The notes beneath the pieces were generated by a model. It saw only the letters and a program-made list of their open reading frames with translations, had not been told where the DNA came from and did no database searches. DNA of 32,000 nt from Vibrio alginolyticus NBRC 15630 = ATCC 17749 (GTDB lineage Bacteria; Pseudomonadota; Gammaproteobacteria; Enterobacterales; Vibrionaceae). The translations under genes were made by a program, and so were the position numbers. Positions 9,901 to 17,127 of the stretch are shown piece by piece (positions within the stretch are counted from its first letter, which is position 1; each line of letters begins with the position of its first letter). The stretch covers positions 1,620,001-1,652,000 of the forward strand of contig NC_022359.1 of assembly GCF_000354175.2 (NCBI RefSeq). Reading direction: 5' to 3'.

Positions 9901-9971
9901 CGTTTGGTGTTCACCGAGGAAACGATCGCATTATTTATCGTGGTGAGCCAAATATGCTTGGCCTAAATTAA
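6945..9971 (+). CDS. Large secreted Cys-rich protein of unknown function (about 1008 aa), possibly MshQ-like
   Basis: The long ORF 6888-9971 starts at GTG in the track. The in-frame ATG ATG at 6945 gives a classical signal peptide, MMRLCSIFTAVLFLPLTSHA|TTYD. The N-terminal ~250 aa contain recurring short G-D/E-hydrophobic turns (IYGDLL, LIDGDIELTGE, IIGDIL, VVGDV) suggestive of a beta-helix. The C-terminal TFGVHRGNDRIIYRGE resembles, from memory only, the C-terminal motif of MshQ/DUF6701-type proteins. No pilus or secretion genes are adjacent. Confidence 0.85.
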   Translation: MMRLCSIFTAVLFLPLTSHATTYDVKDLSELGQLCSHKSFSIESDGTTYRCTGKLVLPAGDKIVSSLPEKEITLKADYGIVLEGNNTIGEPNKRISLHALATGLTVNNEKASNLDDYQNKHTVIYGDLLSAYPTKLHNVLIDGDIELTGEALHINGEYNTIIGDILTHSTTNIFNTNICGKVESQGETLHLKTNHPLQDHFVVGDVSAHNSLIIKDMSIYGTAESVGSSATLSGSFYSSTAAIKYFQTLNFNNAPNQPSQVCGEIQQTPGSAQTKAQDNKYTQYCGLGEADCHYSSQVCPITPQDVPNCSMQPPSENDFDLSVTPSDDMALMCGDDLPQFTAMTTNNGEVVSAEVSAALSHPDLFTLEVIKGQQTLKANQFMSDDNGELVVRVVPNDIDTIALGTNYTLTFTMAEDTSKHQTVRFMFTPFMFEAYSKTKSATLNEIRVIAGKPENVHTRLLACASTGEPVVASNYNGTPKVFHPLVQPLGGSEGNFSYSAEFKDGLSEHGLVTNESGIFEVTLSDHFECEGFEECPEEGRVEVKGTFNVHSRPWTFAICDNQRALPSGTSEQGDGFIAAGELFSLTVKPIIWQTDGSVSGSVESARYCDASITRNFMLDDAPAASVVLSSEQHTPSETANQTSKLLKSSDSLAQAHNSAKNDQFVFNGLYWEEVGSLRVKANLESKYLGMTVNESYRYIGRFYPKYFQVQDQEWHYPHGQTFAYMNQPFEKVTYDVVALNANKENVKNYVHFSSNLQQHFDLGELSSYSDRFLPPKPKKVDWKLLGSASVGTFVIEKPSTNATCNNSPCWKKNTTDKQYPDGPFNKGTNSDSSQIGLVTTKAVDEVNFFDDSEVLTKQPDIRFGRLNFQDVGGNQGMVIKVPLDVEIWQNGRFTTNFDDSSTTASGEYYFSTPIWSHALANNALLSGVGTMSIGRMTDIVASQIDSAREQIQFHLDLDGSGNRIPWLKYDWDNTTSEEENPPVTVTFGVHRGNDRIIYRGEPNMLGLN

Positions 9972-9986
9972 CGCGAAACGACAAAA

Positions 9987-10019
9987 CAAAAAAAGCCCCT
10001 ATATTGAGGGGCTCTTTTC
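9987..10019. terminator. Bidirectional rho-independent terminator between the large secreted protein gene and the convergent helicase gene
   Basis: AAAAAAA-AGCCCCT(9994-10000)-ATATTG-AGGGGCT(10007-10013)-CTTTTC. An A-tract lies on one side and a T-tract on the other. Confidence 0.8.
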
Positions 10020-10037
10020 ATCTAAAACGGATGTAAT

Positions 10038-11330
10038 TTACTTTGCGCCACGACGCGCTTTCAGGCGCTTCACCATAGCAAGACGACGCTCTGCCGACCC
10101 TTGGTCTGTTGCCGACTGGTTCGGGTTATTACGACGACCTTGACGATTCTTAAACGCTGGTTTTGAGTGCAGCTTTTCAATGTAAGATTCACGCTGTTTT
10201 GGTTCATAGCCTGCAAGCTCAATACGGCGAATTCGCTGCTGGATTAGATTTTCAACCTGAACAACCGTGAGCTCTTCATCTCGGTTTACAAATGAAACGG
10301 CATGACCTTGTTTACCTGCACGGCCTGTACGACCAATTCGGTGAACGTAATCTTCCGCTAGGAAAGGCATGTCATAGTTCACAACGTGAGGTAAATCTTC
10401 AATATCTAGACCTCGAGCAGCGACATCGGTAGCCACCATGACACGTGCTTTACCGGACTTGAACTCTTCTAACGCACGACGACGAGCACTTTGAGCACGG
10501 TCACCATGACAAACCACCGCTTTGATACCATCAAGTTTCAGCTCTTTTACTACTTCGTTTGCGGTCTCTTTGTAGTTCACAAATACCAACACTTGTTTCC
10601 AGTTCTTACGACCAATCAGCTCCGAAAGCAGTTCCGTTTTTCGCTCTTGATCAACTGGATATAACACGTGAGCAACTGTCTGTGCTGTCGTATTCGCTCG
10701 CTCAACTTCAATACGCTTAGGCTTACGCAGGATATCTTTTGCTAACAGATTTAGTTGGCTCGAAGTCGTTGCTGAAAACATCATAATTTGCGGATCAGTA
10801 TCCACATCTAGCATGATCTTACGTACTGCGTGAATAAAGCCCATGTCCAAGATACGGTCTGCTTCATCAAACACTAAAAACTCTAAGTGTGCGACCGAGA
10901 CATTACCTTGTTCAATGTGCTCTTCCAATCGACCTGGTGTAGCCACTAGGATATCTACACCGTTTTCTAATGCCGTTACTTGAGAAGACATTTTACGGCC
11001 ACCGAAAATCGCAGCCACCGACAGGTTCGTGTACTTCGTGTAAGCTTTGATGTTGTCAGCAATTTGTTCAGCAAGCTCACGAGTTGGAGCCAAGATAAGT
11101 GCGCGAGCAGTCTTACGAGAAGCGCTACGGTTACTGTCTAGCAACTGCTGAATCATAGGCAGAGAAAACGCAGCCGTTTTACCAGTACCTGTTTGTGCTG
11201 TAGCGAAAATATCATGGCCTTTGCGAGCCATTGGAATCGCCTTCTGTTGAATTGGCGTTAACTTTTCATAACCGCATTCTGCCAGTGCTTTAACCACTTC
11301 TGGCGCAAAACCTTGAGATGAAAATGACAT
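10038..11330 (-). CDS. rhlE: ATP-dependent DEAD-box RNA helicase, RhlE type
   Basis: 430 aa. The Q-motif region MSFSSQGFAPEVVKALAECGYEKLTPIQQKAIP parallels the E. coli RhlE N-terminus. Other motifs: AQTGTGKTAAF, PTRELA, DEAD (VFDEADRILD), SAT, HRIGRTGRAG. The C-terminal tail is basic. Confidence 0.9.
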   Translation of the reverse strand: MSFSSQGFAPEVVKALAECGYEKLTPIQQKAIPMARKGHDIFATAQTGTGKTAAFSLPMIQQLLDSNRSASRKTARALILAPTRELAEQIADNIKAYTKYTNLSVAAIFGGRKMSSQVTALENGVDILVATPGRLEEHIEQGNVSVAHLEFLVFDEADRILDMGFIHAVRKIMLDVDTDPQIMMFSATTSSQLNLLAKDILRKPKRIEVERANTTAQTVAHVLYPVDQERKTELLSELIGRKNWKQVLVFVNYKETANEVVKELKLDGIKAVVCHGDRAQSARRRALEEFKSGKARVMVATDVAARGLDIEDLPHVVNYDMPFLAEDYVHRIGRTGRAGKQGHAVSFVNRDEELTVVQVENLIQQRIRRIELAGYEPKQRESYIEKLHSKPAFKNRQGRRNNPNQSATDQGSAERRLAMVKRLKARRGAK

Positions 11331-11437
11331 TGAGCGTATTCCTTAAACAAACCACTAAAAATAGCTTTAAAAATTTAGCCGTGCACTATACCCGAATTTG
11401 AGTGATTTATCTCACTTTTCTCATTGAAATCCTACAA

Positions 11438-11483
11438 AAGAAAAAACGGTGAGCACAGATATATTAGTGGTTCACCGTTTTCG
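11438..11483 (-). terminator. Rho-independent terminator downstream of the yeiR-like gene
   Basis: AACGGTGA (11445-11452) pairs with TCACCGTT (11472-11479). On the minus strand the hairpin is followed by TTTTTTCTTTT. Confidence 0.65.
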
Positions 11484-11500
11484 TTTAACCTTTGCGCGAT

Positions 11501-12502
11501 TTAATGTTTGATGCCAGATAACTGAAGGAGAATTCGCTCAAGCTCATCCCATGGCAACAGCTGAGAATCTATCACTTCTAATCGTGATTCAAAGCCTTCT
11601 AAGCTGATTTCATTCACCGACACGACTCGGTTGGCAACATTAAACGCGTAACAACCTTGATCCGTATTGACCACTGCTTTAACACGCTCTGCGGTCAAGT
11701 CCGAAAGCATAGAGAAAAGCTTTTCAAAATCAAACTTATACTCTGCCCCAAACAACCACCCACAACTAAAATAACCCTGCCCTTTGTTCTCTTTGCGCAC
11801 AAAGGCTTCACCAGGCGCCAATTGGAATTGAGGCTCTTGATGAGCGTGGTCATGATGATGTGACTCGATATGGGAAGAAGCGCTGCCGTAAACCCGCTCA
11901 ATATCCAAGACTTCTATCGGCAACTCACCGTCATGAATAAGCTTACTGAATACTTTTGAAGGGGATTGGTCCGTCACCCAGTCATTAAACACATCAAGGT
12001 CGTGGCTGGAACATAGGTCAACCTTACTACCAATAACCACATCTGCACTGTCTAACTGGTCCACGAAGTTTTGGTTAGAAAGATACTTTTCATCACTTAA
12101 GTTACGCGGATCAACCAAGGCAATCGTCGCTTTAAGATCAACGTAAGGTTCATACTGCTGTGAGGTAAGCGTCGCGATAACCTGTTTTGGATGACCAAGG
12201 CCTGTCGGCTCAATCAATAAACGGTCCGGTTTTTGACGCAATAATGCGGTGATACCTACCGACATCGGCACACCCGCAGTGCAGCACATACAACCACCCG
12301 GCACTTCTTTAATCAGCGCGCCTTGGTCGGTCATCAATGCACCGTCGATGCCAATCTCACCAAATTCATTGACCAAAACCGCCCAGTTTTCTTTTTCCGG
12401 TTTGTTCTTCAGTAGATTTAAAATCGTGGTCGTTTTACCGACACCCAAAAATCCGGTCAGTATGTTGGTTGGTACTCGATTTGACATGCTTATCTCCGAC
12501 AC
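11501..12502 (-). CDS. yeiR: COG0523-family GTPase / putative zinc metallochaperone (YeiR/ZigA-like)
   Basis: 333 aa, nearly collinear with E. coli YeiR: NILTGFLGVGKTTTILNLL (P-loop), WAVLVNEFGEIGIDGAL, the GGCMCC metal-binding CxCC motif, DRLLIEPTGLGHP, and a His-rich stretch SHIESHHHDHAHQ. Confidence 0.88.
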   Translation of the reverse strand: MSEISMSNRVPTNILTGFLGVGKTTTILNLLKNKPEKENWAVLVNEFGEIGIDGALMTDQGALIKEVPGGCMCCTAGVPMSVGITALLRQKPDRLLIEPTGLGHPKQVIATLTSQQYEPYVDLKATIALVDPRNLSDEKYLSNQNFVDQLDSADVVIGSKVDLCSSHDLDVFNDWVTDQSPSKVFSKLIHDGELPIEVLDIERVYGSASSHIESHHHDHAHQEPQFQLAPGEAFVRKENKGQGYFSCGWLFGAEYKFDFEKLFSMLSDLTAERVKAVVNTDQGCYAFNVANRVVSVNEISLEGFESRLEVIDSQLLPWDELERILLQLSGIKH

Positions 12503-12550
12503 GTTAGTGCATTAATGCTCCAGCAAAGTATACGGAGAATGTGACTCGCT

Positions 12551-12814
12551 TCAACGCTTTTTATCGCACGCATCAAGCTCATTGCGTGATGCGTTGGAAC
12601 ACATTTTTCGAGCTTGTTTGGGTTGACTTATCAACTCTGAACGCTTCATATCAGACAGGTATCTACTGGTATAAATAACGCAAGTAAAAAACGCGATAAT
12701 AGCGACTACGATGGGAAGAACTCCGAGCGTGTTTTCGAATTTAAGCGCAGCAATAGCCAACGCGAAAACAACGACAGAGATAAGTGCGATTGACTTACTT
12801 TTGTTGCTTTTCAT
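12551..12814 (-). CDS. Small hypothetical membrane protein (two predicted TM helices)
   Basis: 87 aa. Hydrophobic spans are IALISVVVFALAIAAL and VLPIVVAIIAFFTCVIY. An AAGG-type RBS precedes the ATG. It lies 48 nt upstream of yeiR on the same strand. I recognise no family. Confidence 0.45.
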   Translation of the reverse strand: MKSNKSKSIALISVVVFALAIAALKFENTLGVLPIVVAIIAFFTCVIYTSRYLSDMKRSELISQPKQARKMCSNASRNELDACDKKR

Positions 12815-13011
12815 AATAACTCGCCTTTCGTAAAGTTAGCCCCTAACACCTCCTGTACTAGAGGAATGCCAGTTTGAACAACATCCAACCTGACTATTCA
12901 ATGCTACTCCTTTCGCTACTTGTGAAATTTGACAAAGCTAACATTTACTACAACATCAAACGACGAGCTTATTATTATCTTTCATATACTTACTGGATTT
13001 TAAAACACTTA

Positions 13012-13650
13012 CTAGCAAATCGACCCGCCGCTGACCAATATGTCGTTTTCATTGGCAATACAAACTTGCGCCACCAGCCTTAGCCCTTCGACTATCATCT
13101 CCAGAGACATAGAAGGCTGACTGCCATCTGCTGCTTGTTCTGGCAATAATGGAATATGAACAAACCCGTGACGAATCGGATTGTCTTTCAAGTAATGTTG
13201 GATGCCATAAAAAAGGTGGTTACATACAAATGTTCCAGCACTGTTGGAAATCTGGCTAGGTATACCCTGCGTTTGCAATGTTTGCACAACACGCTTTATC
13301 GGTAGTGTCGAGAAGTAAGCATCAGGACCATCAGCCACCACGGGTTCATCAATCGGTTGATGACCAGCGTTATCTGGAATACGAAAATCATCGACATTGA
13401 TTGCGACACGCTCTGGGGTTATCGCGCTACGCCCGGCCGCTTGCCCTACAGTAATCACACAGTCTGGCTGGTGCGCTTCTATTGCTTCAATAACGACTTT
13501 CACCGAGTCATATCGAACTACGGGGACTGGGCAAGTAACTATCACACCTCCTTTTATGGCCGCGGCCTCTAATTGCTTGACCGCTTCTAAGGCGGGGTTA
13601 ATGGCGTCACCACCAAAAGGTTCAAAACCGGTAATCAGGACTTTCTTCAT
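13012..13650 (-). CDS. pcp: Pyroglutamyl-peptidase I (pyrrolidone-carboxylate peptidase)
   Basis: The track ORF (13012-13713) is trimmed to the internal ATG at 13650. This gives [23 protein letters not shown]..., the canonical Pcp N-terminus, and a ~212-aa length typical of the family. The catalytic-region sequences [14 protein letters not shown] and [10 protein letters not shown] are present. Confidence 0.9.
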   Translation of the reverse strand: MKKVLITGFEPFGGDAINPALEAVKQLEAAAIKGGVIVTCPVPVVRYDSVKVVIEAIEAHQPDCVITVGQAAGRSAITPERVAINVDDFRIPDNAGHQPIDEPVVADGPDAYFSTLPIKRVVQTLQTQGIPSQISNSAGTFVCNHLFYGIQHYLKDNPIRHGFVHIPLLPEQAADGSQPSMSLEMIVEGLRLVAQVCIANENDILVSGGSIC

Positions 13651-13939
13651 AACAGCCTTTAGGAAAAGAGTTTCACAAATTATTGCACTCCCCTTCACCC
13701 CATCCAATAGCAAAAGTATTGATGAGATAAACCAGACAACATTATGTGACTCATGTCTAACCAGAGAGTGTTTTCTGCCTCATTGAATCTAGGCAAGTTC
13801 CGGACTATCGAGACTAACTTATTGATGATTAGTGGCAGGGCAAGGTTCTCTCATTACATGACGCACGTAGAAGCTTGGTTTCCACGCTTAACTTAGGTAG
13901 AGTACGCGACCGCAATGCAATTCGAAGAGATTGAATACA

Positions 13940-14188
13940 ATGAATATTGATAACCATGTAATCGAAACGATTGAAGAGTTAGAGGCATTTCTGCATTTAG
14001 TAGAAAGCGGCGCTCTGGGTCTTGAAGGTGTCACTGGCGTTGCGCTAGCCACCTCTAATACCGATGGCCGTCCATTTGTTGCCGTATTAGGAGAAAAGCA
14101 CCAATTGCTCCTCGGTCGCTGGGTTTCGCAGCACGTATATGACAATGGTAAAGACATCGTTCGTAACGGCCCAACCAGAAAACACTAA
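13940..14188 (+). CDS. Hypothetical small protein
   Basis: 82 aa from the ATG at 13940 (the track uses TTG at 13931). GAAGAGA lies about 10 nt upstream. I recognise no family. The composition is typical of coding sequence, and the ORF is antisense to a less plausible one. Confidence 0.4.
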   Translation: MNIDNHVIETIEELEAFLHLVESGALGLEGVTGVALATSNTDGRPFVAVLGEKHQLLLGRWVSQHVYDNGKDIVRNGPTRKH

Positions 14189-14493
14189 GCGCTCGACGCC
14201 ACCTATAACATCACGCCGTCTTATACACCAAGCGTATGCTTTGAAAGCAATGCGCTTGGTGTACTCAAAAAATAAAAAGAAAAGGCTAGCCTTTATTAAT
14301 TTTGTCGGTATACTGCACATCAGCTCTTACGGAAAGAGCTATTAATGTAATTAAAGATCAAAGTTTCTCTCAGTTCCACATCGAATTCCTCGTTTACGTT
14401 CCTGCGACAAAATAGTTATCTCTAAAATCATATAGTAGCACTTGATATTAGCTAAAAATTCAATATTTAAAACAATCAAATATAGAGGTATCT

Positions 14494-14706
14494 ATGTCTA
14501 ATAAATTAACTGGTTCAGTAAAATGGTTCAACGAAACTAAAGGTTTTGGTTTTATTTCTCAAGACAATGGCGGTGATGACGTATTCGTTCACTTCCGTTC
14601 TATTGTTTCTGAAGGCTTCAAAACTCTTACTGAGGGCCAAAAAGTATCGTTCGTTGTTGAACAAGGTAACAAAGGTTTACAAGCAGCTGAAGTAACTGCA
14701 CTGTAA
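14494..14706 (+). CDS. cspA: Cold-shock protein, CspA family (OB-fold nucleic-acid chaperone)
   Basis: 70 aa. [31 protein letters not shown] contains the RNP1 (KGFGFI) and RNP2 (VFVHF) motifs and is collinear with E. coli CspA. A strong RBS (AGAGG) is present, and a long AT-rich upstream leader is typical of csp genes. The exact paralogue name is uncertain. Confidence 0.92.
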   Translation: MSNKLTGSVKWFNETKGFGFISQDNGGDDVFVHFRSIVSEGFKTLTEGQKVSFVVEQGNKGLQAAEVTAL

Positions 14707-15060
14707 TTCTTTGTGTGGCATCAATGTTGTTGGTGCCACAATCCCCTTCCACTTATTACTGCCCTTACTATTCTCTATCTAAGTTTATATACCCAAATCA
14801 CTTACCTCTCCCACACCATCATTAATCACTTTCAATAAAGTCACTTTGGTATACATCTTTAGGTAATCACACCGCCTACCTTGCAATTCCAGTTTGGAAC
14901 TAAATTAATCTCATTCATATCTGAATCACTTCGCCTCATGCTTTGCTCATAAAAATAAAGTTTATAAAATAAAAGCGATTGGCGAATATAAGAGAAAAAA
15001 TGAAATTAAACATATCTGCTCAATCAATAAATTCTAATAACTACGAGCACATAATCCCTA

Positions 15061-15372
15061 GCTGAGAGGTTGAGTCAGCACTGAAATGTCATTACATGAA
15101 GCCATTTATCGGACAACACTTCATAGGGACAGCGTGTGGAGTCACACACTTCGGGGTATTTGTTGAGTTAGAGGAACCGAACCGAAGGTCTCATTCCTTT
15201 ATCAAGTTTCCAAAATGGTGAGTTCGAATTTGATGCAGTCAAACAAAAAATTTCTAGCCAGAGCACCACGTTTACTTTAGGGACTAAAGTGCACGTATTG
15301 GTTAAAAACGTCGATTCGAAACAAAGAAAGATCATGTTCAATTTAAAAGATGCAGAACACACGGTAGGTTAG
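15061..15372 (+). pseudogene. Relic of the 3' end of an RNase R/RNase II-family gene (C-terminal S1 RNA-binding domain), disrupted by frameshifts and a stop
   Basis: Hand translation spans three frames. Frame 1 (15061-15084): AERLSQH*. Frame 2 (15096-15221): MKPFIGQHFIGTACGVTHFGVFVELEEPNRRS...*. Frame 3 (15184-15372): EGLIPLSSFQNGEFEFDAVKQKISSQSTTFTLGTKVHVLVKNVDSKQRKIMFNLKDAEHTVG*. Joined, they read like the RNase R S1 domain; compare E. coli [31 protein letters not shown]...YRLGDRVEVRVEAVNMDERKIDFSL. The frame 2 to frame 3 junction sits at a CCGAACCGAA tandem. No upstream catalytic domain remains. Confidence 0.7.
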
Positions 15373-15554
15373 TCTGTTTTAGGTTACTTTCTAATCCATT
15401 AATCAAAAATAAAAAATAAGCTTTTAATACCGCAATTAACTTGTGACATTTCGCTGACATCGACTCATTCTAAAACCCTAATATCTGACAAAGGAAACGA
15501 ATCTAATTTTTGTTTCCAGACACCATCGCAGAGTGTATTTCCAGCACTCTGTTT

Positions 15555-15601
15555 GCCTCGAGAGGTTCTTATGACAGCCTAGGATCTCTCGAGGCTTTTT
15601 T
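15555..15601 (+). terminator. Rho-independent terminator, probably the relic gene's original terminator
   Basis: GCCTCGAGAG (15555-15564) pairs perfectly with CTCTCGAGGC (15586-15595) across a 21-nt loop and is followed by TTTTTT (15596-15601). Confidence 0.7.
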
Positions 15602-15667
15602 GCACCTATTCAAACCACCTGATTCTACATCACAACTATTATCCCCTACACAAGCTGTACTTTTTAA

Positions 15668-15679
15668 CTAGTGCACTAG
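15668..15679. promoter_or_regulatory. Candidate TrpR-type operator (CTAG-N4-CTAG palindrome) upstream of the orphan trpB
   Basis: CTAGTGCACTAG is a perfect 12-bp palindrome. With flanks, ACTAGTGCACTAGA matches the E. coli trp operator core ACTAGTTAACTAGT at 11 of 14 positions and has the same CTAG spacing. It lies 94 bp upstream of the trpB ATG. A further AACTAG half-site sits at 15755-15760. Confidence 0.45.
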
Positions 15680-15772
15680 ATCGCGAACTCTGATTTAAGC
15701 AACTGATCACACAACCACTTCTAAATTTTGGGTATAAAAGTATCAATACTTTCGCTAACTAGGATGTAAATA

Positions 15773-16996
15773 ATGAAAAACTCGTTTGATCTCACTATGC
15801 CCAACGAAGAAGGATACTTTGGTGAATACGGTGGTAGTTTTGTTCCACCTGAGCTTGAACAAATCATGCATGACATCAACGCAGCTTATGAGGAATGCAG
15901 CAAAGATCCTGAATTTAAAGCGGAACTCGCTCGCCTGTATAAGCACTTTGTTGGACGACCTAGCCCAATCTTCCATGCGGAAAACTTGTCTAAAAAATAC
16001 GGAGCAGACATCTACCTAAAGCGCGAAGACTTAAACCATACAGGCGCACATAAAATTAACCACTGCTTAGGGGAAGCCATTCTCGCTAAAAAGATGGGTA
16101 AGAAGAAACTAATTGCAGAAACTGGCGCAGGGCAACACGGTGTTGCGCTTGCTACAGCCGCGGCATTGGTTGGCTTGAAATGCGATATTTACATGGGTGA
16201 AGTTGATATCGCCAAAGAGCATCCGAATGTCGTCCGCATGAGAATCCTTGGTGCTAATGTCATTCCTGCCACTCATGGGCGCAAAACCCTCAAAGAAGCG
16301 GTAGATTCTGCATTCGAAGCTTATCTGAAAGATCCTGATACACAACTTTATGCGATAGGCTCTGTCGTTGGCCCTCACCCATTCCCTAAAATGGTACGAG
16401 ATTTCCAATCAATTATCGGTAACGAAGCACGAGTTCAATTCAAAGAAATGACCGGCAAGTTACCCAATAATCTCGTCGCATGCGTTGGAGGTGGTTCTAA
16501 CGCGATGGGGCTATTTACTGCTTTCTTAGAGGATGAACAAGTCGCCATTCACGGCGTTGAACCTGCGGGCCGCTCTTTGCAAAAGGTTGGCGAGCATGCT
16601 GCAACACTCACACTCGGTGAGCCAGGAATCATGCACGGATTTAAGTCTTACATGCTTAAAGATGCGCAAGACGAACCTCAGGAAGTGTACTCTGTAGCAA
16701 GTGGCTTGGATTACCCATCGGTTGGGCCTCAGCATAGTTACTTAAAAGACATTGGCCGTGTCAATTACGGCTCAATCAGTGATGACGAAGCGATTGATGC
16801 CTTCTTTGAGCTGTCTCGTGAAGAGGGAATAATCCCTGCTATTGAATCCTCACACGCTGTCGCTTACGCAATTAAACTCGCACAGCAAGGAGAAACCGGC
16901 TCGATTTTGATCAACTTATCAGGCCGTGGTGACAAAGACATTGATTTTGTCGTTGAACACTACGGCGCAAAATACGGCATTGAATCACTCATATAG
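15773..16996 (+). CDS. trpB: Tryptophan synthase beta subunit (PLP-dependent), stand-alone copy without adjacent trpA
   Basis: 407 aa. [30 protein letters not shown] (PLP lysine), [18 protein letters not shown] and SGRGDKD are all canonical TrpB motifs. The RBS AGGA lies 8 nt upstream. Confidence 0.92.
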   Translation: MKNSFDLTMPNEEGYFGEYGGSFVPPELEQIMHDINAAYEECSKDPEFKAELARLYKHFVGRPSPIFHAENLSKKYGADIYLKREDLNHTGAHKINHCLGEAILAKKMGKKKLIAETGAGQHGVALATAAALVGLKCDIYMGEVDIAKEHPNVVRMRILGANVIPATHGRKTLKEAVDSAFEAYLKDPDTQLYAIGSVVGPHPFPKMVRDFQSIIGNEARVQFKEMTGKLPNNLVACVGGGSNAMGLFTAFLEDEQVAIHGVEPAGRSLQKVGEHAATLTLGEPGIMHGFKSYMLKDAQDEPQEVYSVASGLDYPSVGPQHSYLKDIGRVNYGSISDDEAIDAFFELSREEGIIPAIESSHAVAYAIKLAQQGETGSILINLSGRGDKDIDFVVEHYGAKYGIESLI

Positions 16997-17024
16997 CCTA
17001 ACTCCGTAGCCTAACCCTACATGC

Positions 17025-17060
17025 AAAAAGCTACCTGGTACTAGGTAGCTTTTTGTTTTT
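17025..17060. terminator. Bidirectional rho-independent terminator between the convergent trpB and permease genes
   Basis: AAAA-AGCTACCT(17029-17036)-GGTACT-AGGTAGCT(17043-17050)-TTTTTGTTTTT. Confidence 0.85.
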
Positions 17061-17127
17061 GTCTACTATTTTAAGAAGCAAGTCCCTTTACTCACTGATC
17101 TCACTATACCTTTAGAGCATAATTCGA

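Noticed and set aside
12924-12947. Possible Zur box (GAAATTTGACAAAGCTAACATTTA) upstream of the small membrane gene and yeiR pair
   Set aside because: Only the outer GAAAT...ACATTT arms resemble the gammaproteobacterial Zur consensus (GAAATGTTATAATATAACATTTC as I recall it). The spacing is off by one and the core does not match, which is too weak to call.
13357-13786. Track ORFs 13357-13572 (+) and 13397-13786 (+)
   Set aside because: They are antisense to the well-supported pcp gene, with low-complexity translations and no family resemblance.
14087-14345. Mutually overlapping ORFs 14087-14320 (-) and 14139-14345 (+), and a 10-bp stem hairpin (ACACCAAGCG at 14225-14234 pairing with CGCTTGGTGT at 14253-14262)
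   Set aside because: The ORFs overlap each other and the end of the 13940-14188 ORF, lack an RBS, and are A/T- and Lys/Arg-rich noise. The hairpin has no T-tract in the correct orientation on either strand, so I did not call it a terminator. It may be a stabilising 3' structure.
15168-15362. Track ORF 15168-15362 (-), 64 aa
   Set aside because: It is antisense to the S1-domain relic, whose plus-strand translation is recognisable. It has no independent support.
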